From assembly GCA_048128005.1 (NCBI GenBank), contig JBEUKZ010000036.1, positions 1-64,000 on the forward strand: a DNA stretch of 64,000 bases, read 5' to 3'. Source of the stretch: Veleropilina oligotropha. Its lineage: Eukaryota. Within the stretch, counting starts at the first letter, position 1. Each line of letters opens with the position of its first letter. Under the pieces are notes generated by a model. It worked only from the letters and a program-made list of their open reading frames with translations. It made no database searches and was not told where the DNA came from. Made by a program: the position numbers and the translations under genes. This document shows, one piece after another, positions 36,497 to 50,700 of the stretch.

Positions 36497-37487
36497 ACAC
36501 AAGAAGTGTGGGAGCCACACATTATCCCATCAACTTTGTCGTAATTGATGGAGTGTAAATTTTAAGTTGATAAAGGGGAATAACTGCGCAAATGCTTGTC
36601 GGAATTCTAGCAAAATGTAACTTGACCCCATGTAACTTGACCCCATGAAGATTTGAACAATATCTGATGTGAGGTTATGAAGATAATTGACGGAAACTAA
36701 ATATTTATGTCGAAAAAGGGAGAGAACCGTGGAAATATTTGTCGAAGTTCTGCTGAAATCGAATTTACCTCGGAGATATTATTTGGAAATCAGTCATAAG
36801 ATTTGATCGACATCCAATGCGCAGTCAAGAAGATAATTGATGGAAACGAAATGTTTATGTCAAAAAGGGGTATAACTGTGTTAACATTTGTCGGAATAAT
36901 ACCAAATTCAATAGGCATCTAGTTTATGGCCCAAGAAACATGCATACCAAATTTGAAGTCCATAGTCATCATGGTTTTCGCTGTATCTTGTTCACGTCAT
37001 TAGAAACAAATTTTTTATCGAAAAAGGGTGATAACTGTACAAATATTTGTCGGAATATTATCCAATTAAATAGGAATCTAGCTAATAGCTGTTACGGTTT
37101 TCCTGTTCACGTAGTTTATATGGCCGGCCGTGAAATTTTGTCAATAAGGGAGGATAACTGTCGGAATAACCTCCAATTCAATAGGAACATTGTTTATGTC
37201 CCAATGAACGTGCATACCACATTTGAACTCCCTACCTATGACAGTTTTTTCTGAAATCCTGTTCACGTCGTCTATACAGAAGAATGGGAAATATGTGCAA
37301 ATATTCGGCGGAATAATCTCAAATTCAATAGGAATCTAGTTTTATGTCCCAATAAACCTGCATACCAAATTTGAACTCTCTGACCCTAGCTATTACGGTT
37401 TTCCTGATATCAAGTTCACGTCGTCTATACGGACGGACTATGCGACTACATAATCCCACGATTTTATAAAAACCGATGGGATAATAA
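36497..37487 (+). mobile_element. HINE-like element with degenerate internal tandem units
   Basis: ACAAGAAGTGTGGGAGCCACACATTATCCCATC head; ACGGACGGAC..GATGGGATAATAA end; repeated AAAAAGGG..ATAACTG..TGTCGGAAT units. Confidence 0.45.
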
Positions 37488-38775
37488 GGCTGCATATATA
37501 AATTTAATAGTCTTGATTTGTATCGATACTTAATGTCTTAATGTCCTTATTTTAACAACTCTCAGGTCCATATAAGGACATGTCCATATTGTAAAAAGGA
37601 AAGCCTGGTCACCCGGGAAAATTCATCATCATTGGCCAGTTATGGGCAACCATGACGGCTGACTGGGGAGAATTCATCATCATTGGCCAGTTATAACCAT
37701 GATGGCTGACTGGGGAGAATTCATCATCATTGGCCAGTTATGGGCAACCATGACGGCTGACTGCGGAGAATTTGTTGAGGAGGCGAACACACGCCTGTTA
37801 GGCAGAGCAGTCAAGTTTTCAGTGAATTTAGAGTTTTCACTCGCATCCACTCGGCTACCAGTTCGGGCACATTTTCCGGCCTAATTGCCATAGATTTATC
37901 ATTATTCAAGTTACTCAATAGCTTCAGTGTTATATAATTATTAATCCACTGAAAGCATCTTTCCTATGTTTCGCATGTCAGGAAACATGTGTCTAACATT
38001 TTCTTGAGAATATCATTTAACTGTGTTGAACAGAAGTAGTTACCTTTGGTTACAGAAGTTGAATAATTGAACTCACTCTGGGTTATCAATATCCAATAAT
38101 GGCAAGAAATTGTAAACAGGAAATGACATCATAAACTCCATATTCTGATAGGGATAATTTGGGCATTTCCGGGATTACTGGCATAATTAGCCTTGAAATT
38201 AGAAAAGAATCGGAAAAGTAAATAACGAAATATAGCCACGTAACAGACAGACATACAAACCAACCCACTTTAAATAACAACATGAGATTAAGTTATGGAC
38301 TGTGTCATTGTGTGAGTAACAGCATGAGGTGCTTGATTAATGAAACTCTCAAGCAATATTGTCTGGCTGATGCCACGTTTAAACATGAAAATATGAAGAA
38401 CTAAATTGAAGTCAAATCCTAGGTCCAACAAAAATTCAGCGGTGAATCAAACTTAATACATTGACAACACATCCCTCCCACTAATACGTAACAGATAACC
38501 GCACTTAATACACTGATAAAACACCATGCTAATCCCTCCCACAAATACGCAATATTCCACTGATAACACAGCATGTAAATCCCATTGAACACAATATATA
38601 ACATGTCATGTAAATAGTATATGTACATAAACATTATTAGAAAGTGTTACCATAAAAAGGCAATCCAATAAAAATATAGAATTTCTTAAATATTTTGTAT
38701 TACATACAACATTTTCAACTATCAATATACAAATATATGGCACTATTTACTATGTAAATATTGTATATCAAAACA

Positions 38776-41700
38776 TCAAATGAGTATATGAAATATGTAG
38801 GTGGCCAGAGCAATCCAATGACTCGTGTAGTCCAGCCAAGCCCACTTGGATAACGTATGGTCCATCGTATAGCCCTATGAGATAAGGAAAGACGAGGGTT
38901 AGATTATGACAATATATATGACAGTTATAACGCACAATCTGATGGAATTACGTATACTGATAAATGGGACATAACTCTGGATGATATTACTATTGAAATG
39001 ATGGTGCTGGAAGAGTTTGGAAAGTAATCGTTTTATGAATGAGGAATGATGGTTTGATTTTGGGAAAGATATGACAATTATGGAAAACTGAACATTTTAT
39101 AATTTAAAAGTATATCTCATATTTGAGTTTATATGAAATTATTTTATTTTAATTTTATTTTTATATGTTGTTTTATGAGGCCTTGGATTATGTTAGATAT
39201 AAAGATCTTGATAATGTTGGGCATTTTACAGCACTATTAGCTGTCAAAAGAGTGCAGTCCATTGAGGATCATTGTGAAAGCCTCACGCAACATATCTGTA
39301 AAGGACATTGATGAAGTAAAGCCAAACTTTTTCCATATTATGATTTTTTGGCTAGTTTAACTTCATAATTATGATTCCTTAAATATTCTTTTAAAAAACT
39401 GACCCAAAGAGAACAAAAATTGGCAGGCTTATTGTGTGTGCGTATGTGTGCAATGATTTATGTGGTACACTAAAATTGAAATCATCTAGCATACCTCGTC
39501 TTCGTCAGAACTGCTATCAAACATCAGTCCTAGGTACGCCAAGTGCATCATAGACAGAAGACCAAAGCAAATGTTTACAATCACCACACAGGGGTCAGTC
39601 TAAATAATATCAGGTGAAATGTTAGAAAACAATCTTCACTGTGACAGTAATATAATTATATATTTATTTTCAATTGGAAGGAACAAAACCTCAAAATTCC
39701 TAACCAGTTTCGCATTTTATCCTTGAAATATCACAAAACGGTTGCGTACGGTCCTGGCCACTTGATAGGAGTTATCTACCTTTGGGTTCATTTAAGATTT
39801 TTGATCTAGAACAGTCAGATGGTCAGGGTTACTTATAGAGGTGGTACCCACCTAAAAATCAAATGAGGATGAAAAAAAGTTATAATTGTACATATCATAG
39901 ATTCACGTTAAATGTAATTTACTGTTTTCTATTTTATATATATGTCACACACACTGCAGATGAATCGATGGCATCTTTAACAATCCTGTATATGCTACTT
40001 GTACTAGCTACATTGCAAACTTTTAAGTAGTAAATCTTCTATATACAAAAATCTTACACTTTTATGATGATGCTCACAGCCTGGTTTGCACTTCTTGGCT
40101 TGAATGCAGGCATTAAATATAGTTGACAGCTTATTTCTGAACACTGAAATGCAAAACATACATTTCATGAACGTCACAGGTTCCGCATAACCAACATTTA
40201 CCTTTTGAGCCCTGCTGCCCTCAGTGCTAAATGATATATACCAGACCTCCTGACCAGATATATTATATTAATTTTATGGTTAACTTGCATATGCAGCTTT
40301 ATCACATGAAAAAGCTGTTATGCAACGCCTAAGCCCATTTCATAAATTCAATATGATCACACGTTACATAAATGAGGGCGTGCATCTTCTGTCGCATCTG
40401 GCGTGAAATTGATTAGGTGGCGCATCACCATAATTGGCATATTACATAATTCATACGTGTTGACTAGTCGATTACTGACAAAACACAGATGTTGAACTAT
40501 TTTTTATTGGCGTACTGGCGTGGCGCGTGCTTTCAAGGCGTGATGCGTCTCAGGCATGGCAATTTATGGCTAAAAGTACTGACATAAATTAATTTTAAAA
40601 CGTCATTCCACTCAGCCACTGGGGCGGCCACAATGGGGTACATATCGACAATCAAAGTAGCCATAACTTAATGTATCTGGAGAAACAAACCGCCAACAAT
40701 CATTTTCATAGTGCTACGTTGAAAATACACAACCGATATATAGAGGGTATTTGATGGTATGTCAGAAATATTAAATATATTTTGTCGAGTGAAATATATC
40801 CTAGCGAATTCACGAAAGACCGGAGGCTAGGATATAGTTCACGAGACAAAATATATATAATATTTCTGACATAACATTGAATACTCTATTTATTATATAA
40901 ATGGATTTGTTATCAATTAAAAAATGTTAACATTGTATAGCCATGTTTATTTTTGTGGAAAAATGAACGCGAACTGTTGACGTTGTAATGTTGAAAAGTA
41001 CTTCGCCATGGACAACGTCGCCAAGGACAACGTTAATGACGCCTTTTTGATAATTTCACTCTTGTATGGAAAATAATTTCACTCACGTGAGTGAAATTAT
41101 AAATGAATGTATTACCGATTACATTTATGCCATTATTTAATAATGAATAACAGCACCATTTATGTCATAAAATGCAGTACTTACCAAATTCAATGTAGGA
41201 ATAAAACCCGAGTGACAATAACACGGCCGCTAACTGAAAGTTGAGCCCCTACAATCCAAAAACATCAAACATAAGAGACACCACTTTCACAGGTCAACAT
41301 TAAGTCTTCCTTGGCATAGTTGCACAAGCACTAGCTGTGGCATTAATAAAATGACAAACAGAAAGTTAAACATTAAAATAGATATTATGACAATTGCAAG
41401 GCGTAAAATCATCGGTTTTATTGGACTTCAAACAGTTAATTTTTTTGCCACATTATAACAATTTTTTCTCATATTGTAATCCGGACCCCAGGTTTAACGT
41501 CTCTATATGATCACACTGTTTAGCGTATATCTCAATGTTGCTTAACTTTATTGATTGACGATAACTGGCTCCTTCAACATGGTTTGGCGATAACATGCAG
41601 GCTTAGAGCACTATATTATATAACTTCAAACATACGTGAAGTAACGAGCTTGCAGCATACGTCAGCAGTATGGCAGTAAATGTGCCTACAGGTCGAGCAT

Positions 41701-44700
41701 TTTTAAAAACATCTAAAAAAGAGATCGACATAAAGTCATTGCTGTGCTGTACTTAAATAAAGTTGCTAGATGAACATTTTGCAGTATCAATTATTTATCT
41801 CATCTCTCTCTTAAAGACCTCTCTACAAGCAGAATGCTATTCTTTTTTATTTCTTATAAAACGTTTTCATCCCGAGAATTTTCAGAAAACAGGCAATTGT
41901 ACATACACATCATGGGCTTGAGTTCTGAACAATAGGACTGGACGTGTCAGGACTGGACGTGTCGGAGCCTCCATTGTTCCAGTTAAACAGCCCAAATAAT
42001 GGGTTAACTCTGGTCATGACTGGACGTTGGTCCGTGACAAAGGATTTGCCAGCATCATTTCAATGGAAGTTGACTAATATGCTCTAGAGTCTGATATGGT
42101 GGGCATGAATTTTTTATATATAATTTAAAAAAACCAAAAACACCAAAAACGCTTCAATTTATTTAATGCAAACTGTCGTATTTTAGTAAAACATAGAACC
42201 AGGTGGTCCTATTTACAAGCCCTCACGGACTTCTTTGGATCTCCTGACCAATTCGTTATAACAAATTATATGATTTACATGTATTACTATATCAATTTTC
42301 ATGTTATATAGTTTGTTATCATTTGTATATTATTATGCATACATGTATTTCCTTAATTAATATATTATATATAGTGTATATAATGAACTAGAGGTATAAT
42401 CCTCATACAGGCCCGCCTTTTGGATATATAAATCCATAGAGAGGAAAATAATCAATAACTCTATATCTTCAAAGTGCCATCTGGAACGGAAATACACGAA
42501 AATGACCTTGACCTTTGACCCAGAGACTCCATTTTTGAACTTAACCAAGGCCTGATGGTATACAAGGTGCATACCCAAGATGAAAGCTGTAGGTCCAGCG
42601 GTTCATCTTCTATGTGACAGAAAGCAATCTTCGAAGTGCCAGAACGGAAATACACGAAAATGACCTTGACCTTTGACCCATCTTTGAACTTGGGCTGGGC
42701 CTGATGGTATATAAGATGTATACCAAATATGAAAGGAGTAAGTCCATGAAAGGAGTAAGTCCAGCGGTTCATCTTCTATGTGACAGAAAGCATCAGGCGA
42801 CGGACGACGGACGGACGCCAGTCCACGGCTATAGCCCTGCCTTTAGAAGGCGGGCCAAAAAATGGTAAATAAACAATTATTATATGTTTTAAGAGGTGAC
42901 AGCTTGCAAATTACAATAGATTTTCATCGTGTGTACGATAGATAATACACAGACACCCCGCGGCGATATCCACATAACTTTGTTTGATACCGCTCGGGGA
43001 AGCAATATATCATCTAGTACTTACAGGTCTTGAGCCAATAATGCATAGGTAGGTTCCAGTTGGTGACCACTTCCACCAGTGACCGGGGTAACTCCACGTG
43101 AAGGGGCCTGGTCACTGAGGAGTTCCTGGAATCCAATGAAACTGGCATTAAAACTCAACATTTAATGTGTAACGGAGATAAATTCAATACAGTGGTAAAA
43201 TGTCATCTGAATATTTCATGAAAACAACAAATACCACATCTGAAAATGCATAATCACAATCTAACAATAACATTACATGAACAAAAATCATTTCGATCAA
43301 CATTTCCTCAAATTTGAAATTCCAAAATGGACAATTTATCTTCACTCAACAGGGGCCGTAGTCTCGAAAAACTTACGAATTTCTTAAATAAAATCGTTAA
43401 TATCAGTTAAGAATTTCGTAAAATGCTATTCTCCAACGGGTGCTTACGAAAATCGTAAGTTTAAGAATTTTCGCAGGTAAGATCTCGCCAGCTTTTTTCT
43501 TTAACTGCGCGTGCGCAGATTGCAAAATCAGATGACGTATGTCAACATTCACCCGCATGACATCGGACAAAGCCACGAGCAAAAATGGAGTTCGGAACTT
43601 ACCCACTTGGCGTGGGGTTGCAAGGCCCGAGGACGGACGGCGCAGCTCTAATATTGTATATTCATAAACATAAGAACATAATTATTTATGAAAATATGTA
43701 TATTTAATAAAAAATGAAAGATGCAGGTAAGCCTATTGCTTTCCATTGAAAAGAAAGCTACAATACCATCCCCTCAAATGGGGTACCAGTATCGTGTTTT
43801 TATCATCTATATTTATGATTAATCACAATCTAAATTGAGTATATTTTGATGTCTCATTTAACGCATAAATAACGGTGAGACTTTTTACTCAAATAAGCAT
43901 AAATCTACTAAAGTAAGCATGTGCATATACATAGGAGATCCATGCGTCTTAAATGCATCCCTACAAAGAATAATGTTCATCGTTTCCATATTAGGACACT
44001 CCCATAATATATTATTCTTTTTAATATTTGGTCGTCATGACATCGTATTTTTTTAAAAAGAATTTGTATGAATGTATATGTCTTATTGGATAGTGATCGT
44101 AAAACATTGTATTCTAATTAATTAATGACGGTATAACCACAGATCCATACAAGCCTCAATACGCATGATCTATTTCCCTTGAATTTAGTAAATAACTATC
44201 TTCACTTATCGTTGAAATCGTTAATTTACCTATTTTTTGCTATAACACTACGTTGCATTGTCAACTCCTCAACGGTCACAATGTCAACCACGACAACTAG
44301 ATAAAAAGTGATGGAACACCATCACAGAGGCCCCGCTTTAGCGATCACCAACACGATAAAAATTGTGAAAAGAGGAAAGCGACAAACATCATTGATCAAA
44401 GAAACTTTATGTAAACACTCAGCATCGTTTCCTCATCAAACTTCATAAATGCGCATATCAAATTTGAATGAAATCTGTTCAGAACTGTTGACTGTACTGT
44501 GCGCACAAGAAATCTAAATGACTAAACGATGAATCGACTACAGTACACTGTAGCCTCGGTATAACGCGGGTATTGGGGTCCAAGTGGACACGCACCGCGT
44601 TATAACCGATCCGCGGTATACGAATATTGTCTATTGAAAAGCTGTCATGAATATGCTAATGTCATTGTAATGTGTATATGAGAGGAAAATAAATAAAATG

Positions 44701-47700
44701 ATGAATGCAGGAAATATAACATTTATTATAGCTATTTTGAAATGTTATATATATATATATATATAGTTTATATATATTTACCTGTCTGACGGGGAAATTT
44801 TATAAATGTAACTCCGATTGTTTCAACATGTGTTTTAATTTAAATCTGCAATAAAAGCTTTGTTGTCTGTTATGTTCATAGCGTATTATACGGTGGTGAA
44901 ATGTAGTTCATGTTCATAGTAACCCAATTAAGCTGCAAGTGCATTTAATCGTTTCTTTTGTTTTGCACTGATCAATAGCCGCTCGCTCTTCTGTGACTAG
45001 GAATATCACGTGGTGCGTGTGAAATCTTTGGGGTGTTGTTTTGTTTATCCATGGAGTTCAGAGGTCGTTGCGTTATAAATGAGCTGCCGACAAATATGTA
45101 AAATGCGGAGGGCATTGCATTTAAAAAATAAGCGAAATTAAAATAATGTAATGATATTTGTAATTAATATACATGTAGATGTCATTTACAACGGGAATAC
45201 AATAAATTTTCTATCACGTGATATCATTCAGTAATGTGATTTACTAATCGTTAACAGTTTGTCTTTGTTCTAAGCGAAATTTTCAATCACGTGATATCAT
45301 TCATTCATTTGATTTACTAATCGTAAATCATATCCATAAAAGAAACTTGATCATACAACGCTTAAAACATCAATGTTTATTTCATATTTGTTTACAAAAC
45401 AACAAGTGTAATAAAATATTTATTAGCAAGTAAATTTGTCATTGTCCTAAGCGACCGTAGACCCAAGCCGTCGGCCATGTTTCAGAGTCAACAAACTTAC
45501 TTTCCATTGTTTCCGTGTGTAAAGGGATTAAGTTAACAAGACAATGATGTATGAATAAACTTAAAAGAATCATTTACAATCAAGATGAATCAAGGTAGAT
45601 TTTAATTTTAATAAAAGTATCGATTTCGTTTTGCAATTTGTAAAATGGTTCCTTAATTTGCTAAAATTATCATGAAACCGACTCATTTTATAGAAAGTAG
45701 GTATATATGGTATAAAATTTTGGGAACCATGATCTGCCTCGCGTTATAACCGATATCGCGGTATATCGAGGCGCGTTATACCGAGGCTACAGTGTATTCC
45801 GAACTATTGTTCGGGATGCATTAAGCTAACCTTGATCAATTGAGGAGAATGATAATAGACACTGTATACATTCTGATCTTTTAATGGCCATATATACTGC
45901 CAAATCAAGATACCCATGGAATAAACCAAGGGCGAAGCCATGCAGTTTTCAAAATACATCAGATTTTGATAATCTCGGCTTCACAGAGTGACCATTAAGC
46001 TTAACAGCTTACTTTGCCTATTGGCAGTGAGCAAGTCTTACAGATAAGCACATGTCCCTTTCATCATACACACATAACATTTAGATAAATAAACAAAATA
46101 AATTTAATAACTCTTCAAAAATTACCATTATTTCTATCCTAAATACTTTAAGGCATAATTAATTTTTTCAGAATAACTGCTACAGACATGATGAAAATCA
46201 TTCATGAACCTTTTTGATATATAAAAAATAATTTTTTTTTTAATTTTTTTAATTTATTATTATTTAAAAAAAATATGTATGCACTTTTTTCAGCTCATAA
46301 GGTTTGCACATGTGAAGTTTGAAGTTGAACTGATGCTCGAGTGAAAAGATATATGGAAACAAAGCAAAATCTTAACACAGATTTAATGATTACTATGATG
46401 ACAAAGTCATTGTACCATATAATATATGTTATATACTAATATACAGCATCCGAAGCATTCATTTAGCATCAGTACCCTTGAAGCATCTATAGTTATTTTG
46501 ATCTAGATCTTATACTTTTGAGAAACAGAGCCATACGCAAAACTTCAGAAATCAAACAAGTAGAAACTTTGACCTGGGACCTTAACCTGAAGATTGGGCA
46601 AATGAATCTTTAACCTGGGATCTTATCAGAAGATTGGGCAAAGGAAACTCTACTGTGATCTTAACCTTAAGATTGAGCATATGAAACATTAACCTGGGAC
46701 ATTCACTGATCATGGGATAGTTTACTCTTGATCGACATCATAGCATGATCAAAGAAGCTGTTGGATATTCCGAACAGGGAAGCTATATACAAGTATATAA
46801 CCTCATAAACTATCACCTTAAGTCTCACTGCTTACTGTGCCTGTAGCATACACTACAAGCCTAGAGCAAGTCTGACAGAGAGACAAGTGATCGACTTTCA
46901 CCAAAGTTATGTTTATATTTAAAAATAATAATTAATCCCAATGGAACCTTAACCAAGGTAATTTGAATCAAATTCCATTAAGTAACGCCTATTAATAGTA
47001 GTTGAGTACCTACTCTTCTTTATTTATTGTCTATTAGTTATACTTTGCTAAATCAGCAGATTGTGCAGAAACTTTGACCTGGGACCTTAACCTTAAGATT
47101 GAGCAAATGAAAGAATGTGCATGTCGGACGGACGGAAGGATGGACGGAAGGACGGACGGACGGACGGACGGAAAAGGTGATCACTATAGGCCTCCCTGCG
47201 GGGCCTAATATATATTATGTTGAACCTATAATAATTGAGTCAAAGTCGGACAGTGGCAAAAACGTCTACTTAGCAATATTGCTGCAATTTGGCACCAAAA
47301 TATCGAGATCGCTGATTTTTCTTAAATTTAAGACATCAAACAGTCAAAGTATATAGTGTAATTTTTATCGCAACTTTACCCAAATTTCGTAACTTTACGA
47401 ATATTCTTATCTTATTATTTTTCGAGGATAGCATTTGTGGGAAATTCGTAAACTTAAGAATTTCTCATCATAACTTACGAAAATTCTTGGTTTACGAAAT
47501 TTGCAAGTCTTTCGAGAATACGGGCCCAGAGTCATTGCTGACATATCTCAAGAAAGTTCAATGCAAGTATTGTCCCGGCATATCACTACTGTCATCCATA
47601 GCTGTTGAATGAAGTCTGAAACTTACCATTTGACGTCTCCGTTGGATTTGGTTGCGCCGAGGCCTGACAGCGTCATGGTGAGCTCGGAAACGAAGCTGAT

Positions 47701-50700
47701 GAAGTAATGACTGAATCGGAAAGACTGGGCATCTCGGAAAGCGGTGGTCCATCTGGAAAATAGGGCAAATTGTAAACTAGCAAAACCTCATAACTTGAAG
47801 GGTGTGTCTCCTCGCACGGCAGCCATTTTGAATCTGAAATTGACCAAAATTGTTTAGGACTGTGACCTCATCATAACTAATATGTCTAATTTGCAGCACA
47901 TTAAATTATAATTCTTAAATGTCGAGTACATACAAGAAACCTCAGCATACCCAGAGGCCAAACGGAGACACAATCATAGTATGCATTGCCACCTATTGCC
48001 GGGATGCAATAATTGTATTTTCAATCTGTTTGTTAACAGGGTGGGTGTTTTCGAAATCTAATGATTTTGTAGAAATGTTGGACTCCCCGAGGTATTAACT
48101 AGTGGTCCCGCTGTCTCGGGTGATCAGTCCTGTTGCTTACGGATCGGATTACTCTTTCTACTTGAGCGATACATACATATATTGACATTAGCATATCATG
48201 TTTTTACCATATTATTAAATACATTTGCATTTCATGTTTTTACCATATTATTAAATACCGACATTATTTATTGATTCTAATTAAAGAACTCACTTCCACG
48301 TCTGGTCCATGATGAACCAATGCAGGATACACGTCGACACCAGGAGGCAGACCACTGCACAGGCACCGCTCATCAGCAGTTTCAACAGCCATGACATGCT
48401 CTGGAATGAAGTGGGGAAGCTTGAGTTGATTTGATTTACTTTTAATTACGACAACATTTGAACTATTTTTCATTCTTACTGTACATAGTCATAACTTAAT
48501 ATTTGAAGGTAGGGCTTTTGGGTTATTCATTATTTTAGTTTTAAGAGTGTTTGACACAATAACCACTCCAACGCCACTACGAAGTAGGATTTAAATTTTT
48601 CTAGTGGGAGGAAAATCCACACAAACCAGCCAGTTATGGACAACCGTGCCTGTTAATTGAACGAAATGCACATCCGATATTCTAACCCCTTTCAAATGAT
48701 TGAATTTGGAGCCTTACTCTTATCCACTACTGAGTGGACCGCTAGGAAGTAGGAAGGTTGGTACACAACTTTTTTTCCACTTTGAATTTTTTTTCAATCT
48801 TATCAGTCGGGACACCCGGTTTAAGGTCTCAATCCGATCTGACCGACATATATAGGGTATAAGCATTTTATTTTAAGCGTCAGAATGAGTTGCCAGTTGG
48901 GTTCGAACTTGGGACCGCTTAACAGCCTCAGATGAGTGTCTAACACACTAACTACTCACCCGCTAATGAAGGAATGAGGAAATTAGATAATAATGGAAAA
49001 CATTATAATAGTCTCCATAGAAATAAAATGAGGTTTTTAAGTAAACCTAATATTAGTATAAAACATACTTACGTCCTTACTCTTGCCATAATAGTCATAT
49101 TATCGCCTTCCGGAAACAGTGAATAAAGTCACATTTATGCACTTATTAAGTCAAAACACACCACGATTACCTCCCCTGCTCCACCTCTCTAAGTTCCCCC
49201 GGCGAGATCTCGCCAAGTCTCGAGAGATATCCGAGCTCGAGATCACAAGACCTCAATTCAAAGTTCAGAACCCCAAAGGAACTTAGTAAGAGGGGAGGAA
49301 TGCGAAAGCGCAGGGTGGGTAATCGTGGTAAGGACGTAAGTATGTTTTATACTAATATTAGGTTTACTTAAAAACCTCATATGTAGTTACAAACATACTT
49401 ACGTCCTTACTCTTGCCAGAATGACCTTGGATAGGTGGGTAAGAAGTTCCTTACAACAAACCCAAACAAGATTATGACTTACTTTTCACCATCTCAATCA
49501 GCATGAAGCGTCGATTGTGTCCGCCCAGAGTGGAATCTACTGAGTATTATATTCTACTCTTACCAATAATAATAATAATAATAATAAGGACATTTCTATA
49601 GCGCTATAAATCCACGCCACGAAGGGGCATGCTCAAAGTGCAACAGTTTAAATATATACATATATAAATAAGCTATGAAGAAAGTCAATGAGAATAACGT
49701 TGGAACAGAAAAGTTTTCAGTCTTGATTTGAAACTGGATAGAGTCGGTGCTGTCTTTAAAGAGAGAGGAAGAGGGTTCCATAGCTTGGAGAATTTCGACC
49801 AGCGTTACCGGGAGAATACGCCGTGGTGTTAGTCGGACGAGGTGAACGGAAGTGCAATCAGCCCCAGGCACGGCCGGAAGGATTATCCTTGTAGGTCTTA
49901 CGTGTCATGGGCCAGTGGCAGCCAAATGGTACTCCGGGCCATAGGCCGGTAGCCAGAGGAAGCAGTCGGATTTGTAAGCACACGGAACCTAATAGCTAGG
50001 TAGTGAAGATATCAAATCGTAAGCAAAGAATTAATAGATTAATAAATAATCGATATTAACAAGAGCACCGCAAAACGATGCAAACGCTCGTCTGTTATTT
50101 GACCTCCAAAATGTGTAGCTATAAAACATGAATCAGCCCTGTTAATATTAAATGTGAAATAAAAGGAAAACCATCCTGAATATCTTGCATCTGCTGGTGT
50201 CCGGGAAAGTATAACAATGTATGTTGCATGTCATCTTCTCGAGGATGAAGAACTGGTGGTTTATGACTCAGTGACATGTATCTGAAGCCATTTAGAGACT
50301 GCAATATACAGTCATGTATTCGTGAGAAATTGCAAACTCTTCTCTGAATTTACAATAACTTGTTGTAGGTGGTCTTACCTCACTTGGCCCAATTCTCCGT
50401 TTAGACAACTGTATTGTCATACAATATCATATCATACAATAATTTTAACCCTGATCAGTAGAGGAGACTTAAATAGAGAGTGATATTAGACACTGGATAC
50501 AGTCTGTTCTTGTAATGGTAATATATACTGCCATTTCAAGATACCCATGGAATAAACCAATGGGGAAGCCAGTTATCAAAATCCAATCAATCCATCTGAT
50601 TTTGATAATCCCAGCTTCACAGAGTGACCATTAAGCTTAACAGCTTACTGTGCCTATTGGCAGTGAGCAAGTCTTACAGATAAGCACATGTCCCTTTCAT

